Positions 7,581 through 16,334 of a stretch of DNA of 32,000 nucleotides are shown one piece after another. The notes under the pieces are model-generated. The model searched no databases, was not told where the DNA came from, and was given only the letters and a program-made list of their open reading frames with translations. Both the position numbers and the translations under genes were made by a program. The stretch covers positions 1 to 32,000 of the forward strand of contig JAWUXY010000119.1 in NCBI GenBank assembly GCA_034111105.1, given 5' to 3'. This DNA comes from Bermanella sp. GTDB taxonomy: Bacteria > Pseudomonadota > Gammaproteobacteria > Pseudomonadales > Oceanobacteraceae. Numbering within the stretch: position 1 is the stretch's first letter; each line of letters starts with the position of its first letter.

Positions 7581-10262
7581 CTAGCGTAGTGTTGGATCAA
7601 TTTGATCAGGATTAATACCAAAGCGTTTTATGGCCTGTGCAACCATAGCCCGCTTGATCTTACCTTCATCCGCTAAAGACGTTAGCGCAGCTACACAAAT
7701 ATAGTGCCTATCGACTTCAAAGAAGCGACGTAATTTACTGCGCGTATCACTGCGACCGTAGCCATCTGTTCCTAACACCCGATATGTTTTAGCACCAACA
7801 AATTCACGTATTTGATCTGCGTAAATTTTCATGTAATCGGTGGCAGCAACAATTGGCCCTTCAGTTTGGCTAAAACGTTGTTCAACAAAACTTATTTTTT
7901 TAGTCTCGCTAGGGTGCAACATATTCCAACGCTCAGTGCTGAGTCCTTCTTTTCTAAGTTCGTTAAAACTGGTAACACTCCAAATATCAGCGCTTATATT
8001 AAAATCATTTAGTAATATTTTTTCAGCTTCAATCACTTCGCGTAAAATTGCACCCGAGCCTAATAATTGAACATGCAGATCTGATTTTTTTTCAGCTGTT
8101 TTAAATTGATACAGACCACGAATAATGTCTTCTTCGACATTCGTAGGCATGGCTGGTTGTGCGTAGTTTTCGTTCATTGCGGTAATATAATAAAAGACAT
8201 TATGTTGTTGCTCTAACATACGTTTGAGCCCATCCTGAATAATGACAGCCATCTCATACCCAAATGTAGGATCGTAACAAATGCAGTTGGGAATCGTGCT
8301 GGCTAAAATATGACTATGGCCATCTTGGTGTTGTAAGCCTTCGCCATTTAATGTGGTACGCCCAGATGTTGCACCAATTAAAAACCCGCGAGCTTGCGCA
8401 TCTCCTGCCGCCCATGACAAATCACCCACACGTTGAAAGCCAAACATAGAATAAAACGTATAAAACGGAATAAGTGTGCAGTTATTCGTGCTATAGGACG
8501 TCGCCGCGGCCAACCATGCTGAAAAAGCACCCGCTTCGTTAATGCCTTCTTCTAACATTTTTCCTTTTTTATCTTCGCGGTAATACATCACTTGGGCTGA
8601 ATCAACCGGATTGTATTTTTGACCTTGCGAAGAATAAATACCCAATTGACGAAACATGCCTTCCATACCAAATGTACGGGCCTCATCGGGTACAATCGGC
8701 ACCACTCGCTCACCGATATCTTTGTTCTTCGTCATCAAGCCTAATAGACGAACGAACACCATAGTGGTTGAGATTTCACGATTATCGGAACATTTCAAAA
8801 TGGGATCAAACAGCGACAATGGTGGTACGTTCAGCGTTTCACCGACGGCACGGCGCTGAGGTAAAAAACCTCCTAGCTCTTCACGTCGCTCTGTCATGTA
8901 TTTAATTTCAGGGCTATCGGGTGATGGCCGATAAAAGGATACTTTTTCTATTTGCTCGTCATTGAGTGGGATATCAAAACGGTCTCTAAAGGATCTTAAC
9001 GCCTCGACATCTAATTTTTTAACACTGTGAGTGGCATTTTGTGCTTCACCTGCGCTGCCAATACCATAACCTTTTACGGTATGCGCAAGAATAACCGTTG
9101 GTTGCCCTTTATGTGCAACCGCCGCGGCATATGCTGCGTATACTTTATACGGATCATGGCCACCTCGGTTTAATCGATAAATATCATCATCTGATAAATC
9201 TTCAACCAAGCTTAATAGCTCAGGGCTTGTACCAAAAAAGTGTTCACGGGTGTAAGCACCACCTTTTACTTTATAGTTTTGTACCTCACCATCGACCACT
9301 TCGTTCATGCGTTTTTGTAGCAAGCCTTTTGTGTCTCTTGCCAAAATAGGGTCCCAATGTCGACCCCACACAACTTTAATTACATTCCAACCTGCACCTC
9401 GAAACTGTCCTTCTAAATCTTGAATGATTTTACCATTACCACGCACAGGGCCATCTAATCGTTGTAAATTACAATTGACGACAAACAACAAATTATCCAA
9501 CTGCTCTCTGCCCGCAAGTGATATAGCGCCTAATGTTTCTGGTTCATCGGTTTCACCATCGCCAATAAACGCCCAAACTTTTCTATTTTTTCTTTCAACT
9601 AACTCACGCTTATCAAGATAGTTCATGATGTGCGCTTGATAAATAGCTTGAATCGGCCCTAGCCCCATAGATACAGTAGGGAATTGCCAATAATTAGGCA
9701 TCAGCCATGGGTGCGGATAAGACGATAAACCCTTGCCATCGACTTCTTGACGAAAATTTTCTAACTGGGTTTCATCTAAACGACCTTCTAAATATGAGCG
9801 CGCATAAATACCAGGGGAGATATGACCTTGGTAATAAATAAGGTCTCCCAATGGGTTATCTAGTTTCGTCTCATTTGGAGCCCTGAAAAAATAATTAAAA
9901 CCCACGTCATACAATGTGGCACTGGATGAAAAACTTGAAATATGACCACCTAAGTCGCCCTCTTTAGCATTCGCTCGCATCACCATAACCAGTGCATTCC
10001 AACGAATCAGTGATCGAATGCGACGCTCCATAAATAAGTTACCCGGCATGGATTTTTCTTCATTAACCGGAATAGTATTGCGAAATGCAGTGACATACGC
10101 ATAAGGCAAAGGTGAAGCATTGTTACTTGCATGTGCGGCTAACTGCTCAATAATACTGCGCGCACGCTCTGGACCTTGATATTGAATAATATTGCTTATG
10201 GCCTCTAGCCACTCTTGATCTTCTAAAAATTCTTGGTCTTCTGCTACAACTGATGTACTCAT
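7581..10262 (-). CDS. aceE: Pyruvate dehydrogenase E1 component (homodimeric type)
   Basis: At 893 aa it is colinear, from memory, with E. coli AceE. Shared stretches include GHISPGIYARSYLEGRL, NCNLQRLDGPVRGNGKI, DEARTFGMEG and GRTTLNGEGLQHQDGHSH. Confidence 0.95.
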   Translation of the reverse strand: MSTSVVAEDQEFLEDQEWLEAISNIIQYQGPERARSIIEQLAAHASNNASPLPYAYVTAFRNTIPVNEEKSMPGNLFMERRIRSLIRWNALVMVMRANAKEGDLGGHISSFSSSATLYDVGFNYFFRAPNETKLDNPLGDLIYYQGHISPGIYARSYLEGRLDETQLENFRQEVDGKGLSSYPHPWLMPNYWQFPTVSMGLGPIQAIYQAHIMNYLDKRELVERKNRKVWAFIGDGETDEPETLGAISLAGREQLDNLLFVVNCNLQRLDGPVRGNGKIIQDLEGQFRGAGWNVIKVVWGRHWDPILARDTKGLLQKRMNEVVDGEVQNYKVKGGAYTREHFFGTSPELLSLVEDLSDDDIYRLNRGGHDPYKVYAAYAAAVAHKGQPTVILAHTVKGYGIGSAGEAQNATHSVKKLDVEALRSFRDRFDIPLNDEQIEKVSFYRPSPDSPEIKYMTERREELGGFLPQRRAVGETLNVPPLSLFDPILKCSDNREISTTMVFVRLLGLMTKNKDIGERVVPIVPDEARTFGMEGMFRQLGIYSSQGQKYNPVDSAQVMYYREDKKGKMLEEGINEAGAFSAWLAAATSYSTNNCTLIPFYTFYSMFGFQRVGDLSWAAGDAQARGFLIGATSGRTTLNGEGLQHQDGHSHILASTIPNCICYDPTFGYEMAVIIQDGLKRMLEQQHNVFYYITAMNENYAQPAMPTNVEEDIIRGLYQFKTAEKKSDLHVQLLGSGAILREVIEAEKILLNDFNISADIWSVTSFNELRKEGLSTERWNMLHPSETKKISFVEQRFSQTEGPIVAATDYMKIYADQIREFVGAKTYRVLGTDGYGRSDTRSKLRRFFEVDRHYICVAALTSLADEGKIKRAMVAQAIKRFGINPDQIDPTLR

Positions 10263-10380
10263 AATGAAATCCTAAATAATAACGGCATAACACAACACAT
10301 GAAAATCGTGTCGATAAAGAATTAGCCACGGGCTAATATGAACGGTGCTTAACTTATATTGATGACGCTAGTACGCTGTA

Positions 10381-10716
10381 TTAGCCAAGTTCACCACGTT
10401 GTTTTAACTGCTCCTTTATTCGCAGTAAACGATTGTATTTAGACACCCGACCTGATGGGCATAATGAGTCCATTTTAATGTGATCTTCACAGGTCGCGAC
10501 CGCTAAATCACTAACTGCCGTCAATACACCTTTGCCAAAATAACGATCCATGTCGTTATCTCTAAGCTCTAATGTTTCACGATAACCAGTAGACGCACCA
10601 GAAGGCGAACATGCCGAACCAAAAAAATCTCTCGTTAAATACACATCCGCTTGAATAATTGGGTTTCCTCGAATGTCGAGTATTTCTCGCGCACTAATAT
10701 TAATTATTTTTGACAT
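10381..10716 (-). pseudogene. Enolase remnant: the N-terminal ~68 aa is fused in frame to the C-terminal ~43 aa, and the central ~320 aa including the catalytic barrel is missing
   Basis: [25 protein letters not shown]...[28 protein letters not shown] matches the enolase N-terminus. [36 protein letters not shown] matches the enolase C-terminus ([36 protein letters not shown] in E. coli, from memory). The junction is near nt 10512. Confidence 0.75.
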
Positions 10717-10731
10717 TACATTTATAACCCT

Positions 10732-10746
10732 ACTATTTTTATTTTA
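10732..10746 (-). promoter_or_regulatory. A/T-rich 15-mer copy (TAAAATAAAAATAGT, 14/15), 15 nt upstream of the enolase-remnant ATG
   Basis: Same motif and spacing as at 4281-4295 and 29541-29555. Confidence 0.35.
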
Positions 10747-10771
10747 ATACTGAGATGTTAAAAATTTAACT

Positions 10772-12184
10772 TTACTGGGCTTCCTTAAAATTAGGTGATG
10801 TACTTTTTTCAACTAGGTTTTTCAACCACACCAATGTGTTAATTCTAAGCGAATAAATGGGAGCTTTAATCAATGCTTCACCACCAAGAGCAATAGCAAA
10901 TACCCACTGCACCGGTATTTGATAGATCAATCCTGATATCGCCGTTAGTGGTAAAACAATTAACCAAATCACGACCATATCCACATATAACGTAAATTTA
11001 ACGTCTCCGCCGCTTCGCAAAATAGACACACACGTAACAACATTAAATAGGCGCAACCAAAGGGTCACAGAGATTACAAAAAACATATCAACGGCTATGT
11101 TCAACACATCCCCATCCACACCTCTGTATATGTAAAACACTAAGTCGCTTAAACTTAACAAAACCAACCCATAAACAATGCAACCAAACGTTATTAAGCT
11201 TGTTAACATGAAGGCTTCTCGCTTTGCATCGGAAAATTCATTTGCCCCAAGACGACCAGAAATAATAATGGAAGCGGCACTGGTAAAGCCGATAAAAATA
11301 TCAATACTGATCCCTTCAATTGGTCCTAATAATGTAATCGCGGCTAATGCTTCTGTTCCCATTAATGCGTAAACCACCGTGAAAGAAAACACTCCTAAGC
11401 CCCAGATAAATTCATTCAACAATAGCGGTAAACTTTGCTTAACAAAGCGCTGAATTTCTTCTATTTGAAAGCTATTAATAAATTCTTTGAAATTAATTCG
11501 AATAGCCGAACGCCCTACATACACGCATGTAATCAATAAACCACATTCAATGCACTTCGCTATTGATGTGGCATAGGCTGCGCCTTCGACACCTAGTGCA
11601 GGGGCCGAAAAATGACCAAAGATAAGCACATAGTTCATAAAGGTGTTCACAATCACAGCAACAAACCCCACCATCATGGGTAATAATGTTTGGCTATTTG
11701 CTCGTAACACCGCAGAAAAAATTGACACAATGGCCATGAGCAAATGAAAAGGCGCGGTAATACTCAAAAATTGAGCGCCGATACGAATCACATTTTCGTC
11801 ATTGCTAAATAACGACATAATATTGTCAGGAAAAAAAACAGCGCCAATAGAGATAGGAATGACTAATACGAGCGAGAACGCTAAACCCAGTGACAACGTG
11901 CGCTTAACCCCTGCCATATCCCCTTTTCCAATATATTGCGCCGCTAAAATACTAGAGCCTGTGGCAAGACCAGAGATCATCAAAATCACCACAAAAAATA
12001 ATTTATTCGCCAAGCCCACTGCCGCCACTTCAGCGCTGCCTAATGAGCTCACCATAAGCACATCAATTAATGATAACGAAGACGCTAAAATTAATTGGAG
12101 CGAAATAGGAATCGCGAGTGCCAGTAGATTTTTATAAAAGCTACGGGGCGTATTTGATACAGCGTAGCGGAAACTGAGATACAT
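10772..12184 (-). CDS. MATE-family multidrug/metabolite efflux transporter
   Basis: About 470 aa with ~12 predicted TM segments and a typical MATE N-terminus (FYKNLLALAIPISLQLILASSLSLIDVLMVSSLG). The ORF-track start at 12187 is GTG. The adjacent ATG at 12184 is preceded by cAGGTAAtagtg. Confidence 0.8.
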   Translation of the reverse strand: MYLSFRYAVSNTPRSFYKNLLALAIPISLQLILASSLSLIDVLMVSSLGSAEVAAVGLANKLFFVVILMISGLATGSSILAAQYIGKGDMAGVKRTLSLGLAFSLVLVIPISIGAVFFPDNIMSLFSNDENVIRIGAQFLSITAPFHLLMAIVSIFSAVLRANSQTLLPMMVGFVAVIVNTFMNYVLIFGHFSAPALGVEGAAYATSIAKCIECGLLITCVYVGRSAIRINFKEFINSFQIEEIQRFVKQSLPLLLNEFIWGLGVFSFTVVYALMGTEALAAITLLGPIEGISIDIFIGFTSAASIIISGRLGANEFSDAKREAFMLTSLITFGCIVYGLVLLSLSDLVFYIYRGVDGDVLNIAVDMFFVISVTLWLRLFNVVTCVSILRSGGDVKFTLYVDMVVIWLIVLPLTAISGLIYQIPVQWVFAIALGGEALIKAPIYSLRINTLVWLKNLVEKSTSPNFKEAQ

Positions 12185-12194
12185 CACTATTACC

Positions 12195-12208
12195 TGTAAT
12201 CGATTACA
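12195..12208. promoter_or_regulatory. LacI/GalR-type operator, the perfect palindrome TGTAATCGATTACA
   Basis: It is a perfect 14-bp inverted repeat centred on CG. It lies between the amylosucrase-like stop (12216) and the MATE start (12184) and abuts the MATE RBS. Confidence 0.65.
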
Positions 12209-12215
12209 TTAATTA

Positions 12216-14228
12216 TTATTTTTTAATGCTTGAAGCATGTAGAGGCTTAAGCCATAAACATTCATAAGGCGCAAGTTTGATACCCTCATTAAGATTAATC
12301 ACCGAGTGTTCACGGGACTTACTCAATACGTGCGTAAAAGCACCACACAAATTATTAAGTGCCAAAACAGGTTCATTAATCTGTGTTTGATAGGCGCTAA
12401 AATTAGCCAGTACTAAAATAGTGTCTGCAGCGCTGCCCCGTTGAAACGCCAATATTGAACGATCATTAAGATTAATGGTGGTCAATTGAGACCCAGAAAA
12501 AATCACTTCGTTTTTTCTCGCTTCGATCATCGCTTTAAGGCCATAAAAAATGCGTGATGCTGGGGTATCGAGCTGACTAATACTATGTGCGTCTTTTACC
12601 CAATCTTTTTTTATTCGGTTAACCCAACGGCTGTCTTTGCACTTAGCGATGTCATTAATAAAGGTATAATCATTTAATGCACCCACTTCATCACCTAGAT
12701 AAATGAGTGGTAACCCCCCTACTGACAAAGCCAAACTGTGCAGCAGTAAAATTCGCTGCACCGATAAATCAATATCAAGTGATTTATTGTTATTAATACC
12801 TTGTTCAAGACCGGATAATGATGCAGTGGTGCCAGATATACGAGCAAGCTGAGTATCATTATCACGCATGAAAGGTAAACCTTTTGCAAAGCTTTCTTCG
12901 TGCTCACCACTGTAAAACTGATCTAAAAATCGACGAGTGGTCAACGCATCTGCGCCAGTGAATTGAATATCTAAGTCACAAAAAACCCAAGGTATATCAT
13001 CATGACTACGAATATAATTGATCCAAGTACACCCTTCTGGCAAGGCATGCCAGCGCTGCAAACTAGTCGCTAATAAGTCGACATTGCCGCACGCTAACGC
13101 ATGCCACAGCGTTGAAGATAATAACGGTCGATAAGACAACGTTGCTGAATCAACACTGACATAATCAATGACCTCTTGAGGTTTAACGATGGCTTCTGAT
13201 TTGAATTCTAGACCTGATGTGACCAGTTTGGTTAAATTTTTGAACAATCGAACCAATATTTGTATTTGCGGTAAACTTTTACAATTGGTGCCTTTTTCTT
13301 TCCAAACTAGCGACACAGCATCTAAACGTAAAACATCCACACCTACATTTGCCAAATACAACACGTTATCTAACATACCTTTAAGTACATTCGGGTTATG
13401 GTAATTTAAATCCCATTGATTTACGTTAAAAGTCGTCCAAACCCAGCGATTAACTTTTGAATTGTAAATAATGTTTTCCCCTTTATCTGGGAAAGTCGCT
13501 TCGACATGCTGGATAATGTCATTCACTTCGCTTTCATCGTCAAAAAATAAATAAAAGTCTTCAAATTCTTTGATGCCAAGTTGAGCCTTTCTTGCCCAGT
13601 CATGATCATCTGCTGTGTGATTGAGTACAAAATCAAGTACTACATTTATTCCTTTCTCGTGGCATGCATCAATGAAATAGCCCATTTCGTCCATGGTGCC
13701 TAAGTCTTCACGAATCGATTTATAATCTGAAATGGCAAAGCCACCATCACTATTACCCATTGGTACTTTAAAGGGCGGCAATATATAAAGATACGTAATG
13801 CCAAGCGAACTTAGATAATCAATTTTTGACATCATCCCACTAATATTGCCCGCAAACAGATCGATATAACAACTTGCACCGATCATCTTATGGCTATTGT
13901 AAAAATCATGAATAGCGTGTTTTTCTGCGTCTCTTTCTATCAAATTTTTAGGCCGTGATAACCAGTATTGTGATGCCATCATGATGGTTTCATAAAATAC
14001 ATTAAAGGCTTCATCTCGGTCTGAGTATAGCGCTAGATAATCAAACGCTATTTGCTCAATAGTATCCGTTACTGTTTGCTTAAATTTATTTAAATCTCTT
14101 TGCGTGGTCTGTATGTTTTCACAACTAATATCGACATCTAACTTTGATAAAGCACGATCGATAAATGAAAATACTTGGTTATCTGGCTTTACACTCAATC
14201 GCTCTTGAGTCACATCCGCTGTATTCAT
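12216..14228 (-). CDS. GH13 subfamily-4 amylosucrase-like alpha-glucan synthase / sucrose hydrolase
   Basis: GH13 regions are present: VVLDFVLNHTA, GVDVLRLDAVSLVWK, EFKSEAIV and YIRSHDDI. There is long colinear similarity, from memory, to Neisseria polysaccharea amylosucrase (WVWTTFN..QWDLNY.NP, GLPLIYLGDEVG.LND). The RBS is AAGGAG. Confidence 0.82.
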   Translation of the reverse strand: MNTADVTQERLSVKPDNQVFSFIDRALSKLDVDISCENIQTTQRDLNKFKQTVTDTIEQIAFDYLALYSDRDEAFNVFYETIMMASQYWLSRPKNLIERDAEKHAIHDFYNSHKMIGASCYIDLFAGNISGMMSKIDYLSSLGITYLYILPPFKVPMGNSDGGFAISDYKSIREDLGTMDEMGYFIDACHEKGINVVLDFVLNHTADDHDWARKAQLGIKEFEDFYLFFDDESEVNDIIQHVEATFPDKGENIIYNSKVNRWVWTTFNVNQWDLNYHNPNVLKGMLDNVLYLANVGVDVLRLDAVSLVWKEKGTNCKSLPQIQILVRLFKNLTKLVTSGLEFKSEAIVKPQEVIDYVSVDSATLSYRPLLSSTLWHALACGNVDLLATSLQRWHALPEGCTWINYIRSHDDIPWVFCDLDIQFTGADALTTRRFLDQFYSGEHEESFAKGLPFMRDNDTQLARISGTTASLSGLEQGINNNKSLDIDLSVQRILLLHSLALSVGGLPLIYLGDEVGALNDYTFINDIAKCKDSRWVNRIKKDWVKDAHSISQLDTPASRIFYGLKAMIEARKNEVIFSGSQLTTINLNDRSILAFQRGSAADTILVLANFSAYQTQINEPVLALNNLCGAFTHVLSKSREHSVINLNEGIKLAPYECLWLKPLHASSIKK

Positions 14229-14243
14229 TTTATCTCCTTTTTA

Positions 14244-15569
14244 TTAAGCATCTAGGCTCGAAAGTTGATGGGGATTTTCTGTGGCTGATTCATGTATTGC
14301 TTGGTCAAAGGCTTTTGACATTCGCTCGATACCTTGCTCTAACTGATGAGCAGTGATATTTAACGGGGGTGCAATTCTAAAGAGATGATCAAAGGTCATC
14401 ACTTTAACCCCTTGAGCCAAGCAACATTGATGTAACTTCATAGAAAATGCTTTCGTATCTTCTGGTGTGCCTTTGTTAAGTTGCAATGTCGCCATTAAAC
14501 CAGACACTCTAAAATCAGCTATCGTATTAAAGCGAGACGCTAATTCTGATATTTTTTGCCGTAATAACGGCTCCATCCCCAAAGCATTCGCAGCCAGTTT
14601 TTCATCATTGTAAATTTTAATCGTGATGTGCATTGCCGCAATCGATAATGGGTTTCCTCCAAAGGTTGTTGATGCACCGCCTCTTTCACCAAATGGAGTT
14701 GCATTCATAATTTCTTTTTTGCCCGCTAAGCACATGGCCGGAAAACCGCCGCCCAGTCCTTTAGCAAAGGCTATCAAATCAGGTTCAATTGCATATCGTT
14801 GAAATGCAAAGTCATATCCTGTGCGACCAAAACCCACACAAATTTCATCAATGAATTTTAAAATTGAATATGTGTCACACAGCCCACTAAATGCCTGCCA
14901 AAACCATTGGGAGCCTTGAAGGTTACCTCCCGCACCTAATATTGGCTCAAATATGACCGCACCAATGGATGAATCATTTGCAAAACACACTTCAATTTCA
15001 TCAAGACACCGTTGTTCATATGCCGGTTTTTGCTCATCACTCAACCCAAATTTATCTGGGAAAGGTAATTGCTTAATATCCGCAGGCGTCTCACCGGGAA
15101 ACTGACAGTGCCATAGTTGTCGAGCTGCTAATGTTTTACCATGATAAGCTTGTGAAAATGAGACGATGCTTTTTTTTGATTCCGGCAAAAACGATTTTAA
15201 AGCACGCAATCCCGCCTCGATTGTTTCACTGCCACCAGTGTAAAATTGAAAAGTATTGATATCCACCGGCGTAAGTGCATCAAGTTGACGCAGTAGTGTC
15301 AAACGTAGCGGTGTTGAATAATCATGTACATTCCATAATTCAGCTAAACGCGCTTGCATGAATTTCACGGCCACTGGATGCGCATGACCAATTGAATTAG
15401 TAAAGGTACCTGCACAAAAATCAATATAATCATTGTCATTTTTATCATATAAATACACCCCATTTCCGTAACTAAACTGATAAGGCGCACTGGCATACCC
15501 AGGCGTAATACCACTTGCCATTAGATTAAGCTCTGCATCACTTGTCAGGGTTCGCTGCTGATTAGACAT
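14244..15569 (-). CDS. Class-III (ArgD/GabT-like) PLP-dependent aminotransferase, substrate unknown
   Basis: Motifs seen: YIDFCAGTFTNSIGHAHP, FEPILGAGG, DEICVGFGRTG, FAKGLGGGFP (PLP lysine) and TFGGNPL. I moved the start to ATG 15569 (MSNQQ...), preceded by AAGGAG. The ORF-track N-terminal 30 aa overlap the upstream gene. Confidence 0.82.
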   Translation of the reverse strand: MSNQQRTLTSDAELNLMASGITPGYASAPYQFSYGNGVYLYDKNDNDYIDFCAGTFTNSIGHAHPVAVKFMQARLAELWNVHDYSTPLRLTLLRQLDALTPVDINTFQFYTGGSETIEAGLRALKSFLPESKKSIVSFSQAYHGKTLAARQLWHCQFPGETPADIKQLPFPDKFGLSDEQKPAYEQRCLDEIEVCFANDSSIGAVIFEPILGAGGNLQGSQWFWQAFSGLCDTYSILKFIDEICVGFGRTGYDFAFQRYAIEPDLIAFAKGLGGGFPAMCLAGKKEIMNATPFGERGGASTTFGGNPLSIAAMHITIKIYNDEKLAANALGMEPLLRQKISELASRFNTIADFRVSGLMATLQLNKGTPEDTKAFSMKLHQCCLAQGVKVMTFDHLFRIAPPLNITAHQLEQGIERMSKAFDQAIHESATENPHQLSSLDA

Positions 15570-16263
15570 GAGTGATTGACTCCTTTTTGGCGTAGTCGTA
15601 ACTGCCTGTTCTATAGTGGCCAATATCAAGCGCTTTAGAACCCACAAGATTCTTATCAATATAGCGAGTGCAATACGAGTAGCGATCTTGCTGTGATTGA
15701 TTAACTGGCACGGCGTGAAACGTTAACCCATCAACTACAACTAAATCACCTGCTTTAGGATAAAGTACAATCTCACCGTTAAGTGCATCATGGCTACCAC
15801 CTAAACCCAACTTACCTGACAAGTGGCTTTTAGGTACAAGCCTTAGCCCTCCCATCGCTTCGTTCGAGGTTTGCGGGTAAAATAAAAAATTATAAAATTT
15901 ACCCGCCCCCACTTTATAAGAAATATCTTGATGCCACGGTATACTATGGCTTAATGCACATTTATTATGCTGAATTAAACTCATGTGAAAGTACGCGTCC
16001 GGCATCATACGCTGAGCAATATAATTAAGGTCTACTGAAAACTTATCTAAAGTAGCGTTAACAAGATGCGGATTATCAAATGTATGATTAACAGCACCAT
16101 GAGACGCATAAAACTCAGGTGTGTTGTAAGCTTGTGACTCTTGTAATACCACGTATTTAATTGCATCAAATAACGCGAGTGTCGTTGCTTGATTTTTATA
16201 ATTGTGGATCACTAAATACCCTTCATTGCGAAGAAATTTCAACTTATCATCCGTAAAGTCCAT
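15562..16263 (-). CDS. PhyH-family Fe(II)/2-oxoglutarate-dependent dioxygenase, substrate unknown
   Basis: 233 aa. The HxD...H facial triad candidates are WHQD (H111/D113) and TFHAV (H183), followed by a distal Arg in QQDRYS. The RBS is AAGGA. Its stop overlaps the aminotransferase start (ATGTCTAA, an 8-nt overlap). Confidence 0.72.
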   Translation of the reverse strand: MDFTDDKLKFLRNEGYLVIHNYKNQATTLALFDAIKYVVLQESQAYNTPEFYASHGAVNHTFDNPHLVNATLDKFSVDLNYIAQRMMPDAYFHMSLIQHNKCALSHSIPWHQDISYKVGAGKFYNFLFYPQTSNEAMGGLRLVPKSHLSGKLGLGGSHDALNGEIVLYPKAGDLVVVDGLTFHAVPVNQSQQDRYSYCTRYIDKNLVGSKALDIGHYRTGSYDYAKKESITHV

Positions 16264-16334
16264 TATGATATCCTTATCTTATTTATCGTAAGTAATTCAC
16301 ACCTTAATTCTTCTTTGACGCTTGAACGTATTAT

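Noticed and set aside
10147-10329. A 60-aa minus-strand ORF spanning the aceE start region
   Set aside because: It overlaps the conserved AceE N-terminus out of frame, and its Cys/Arg/Tyr-rich sequence looks like noise.
10321-10337. A small hairpin, attagcc-acg-ggctaat, between the enolase remnant and aceE, as a possible terminator
   Set aside because: It has only a 7-bp stem, a 3-nt loop and a weak U-tract (UCUUUAU). That is too marginal to call, though it could slightly attenuate read-through.
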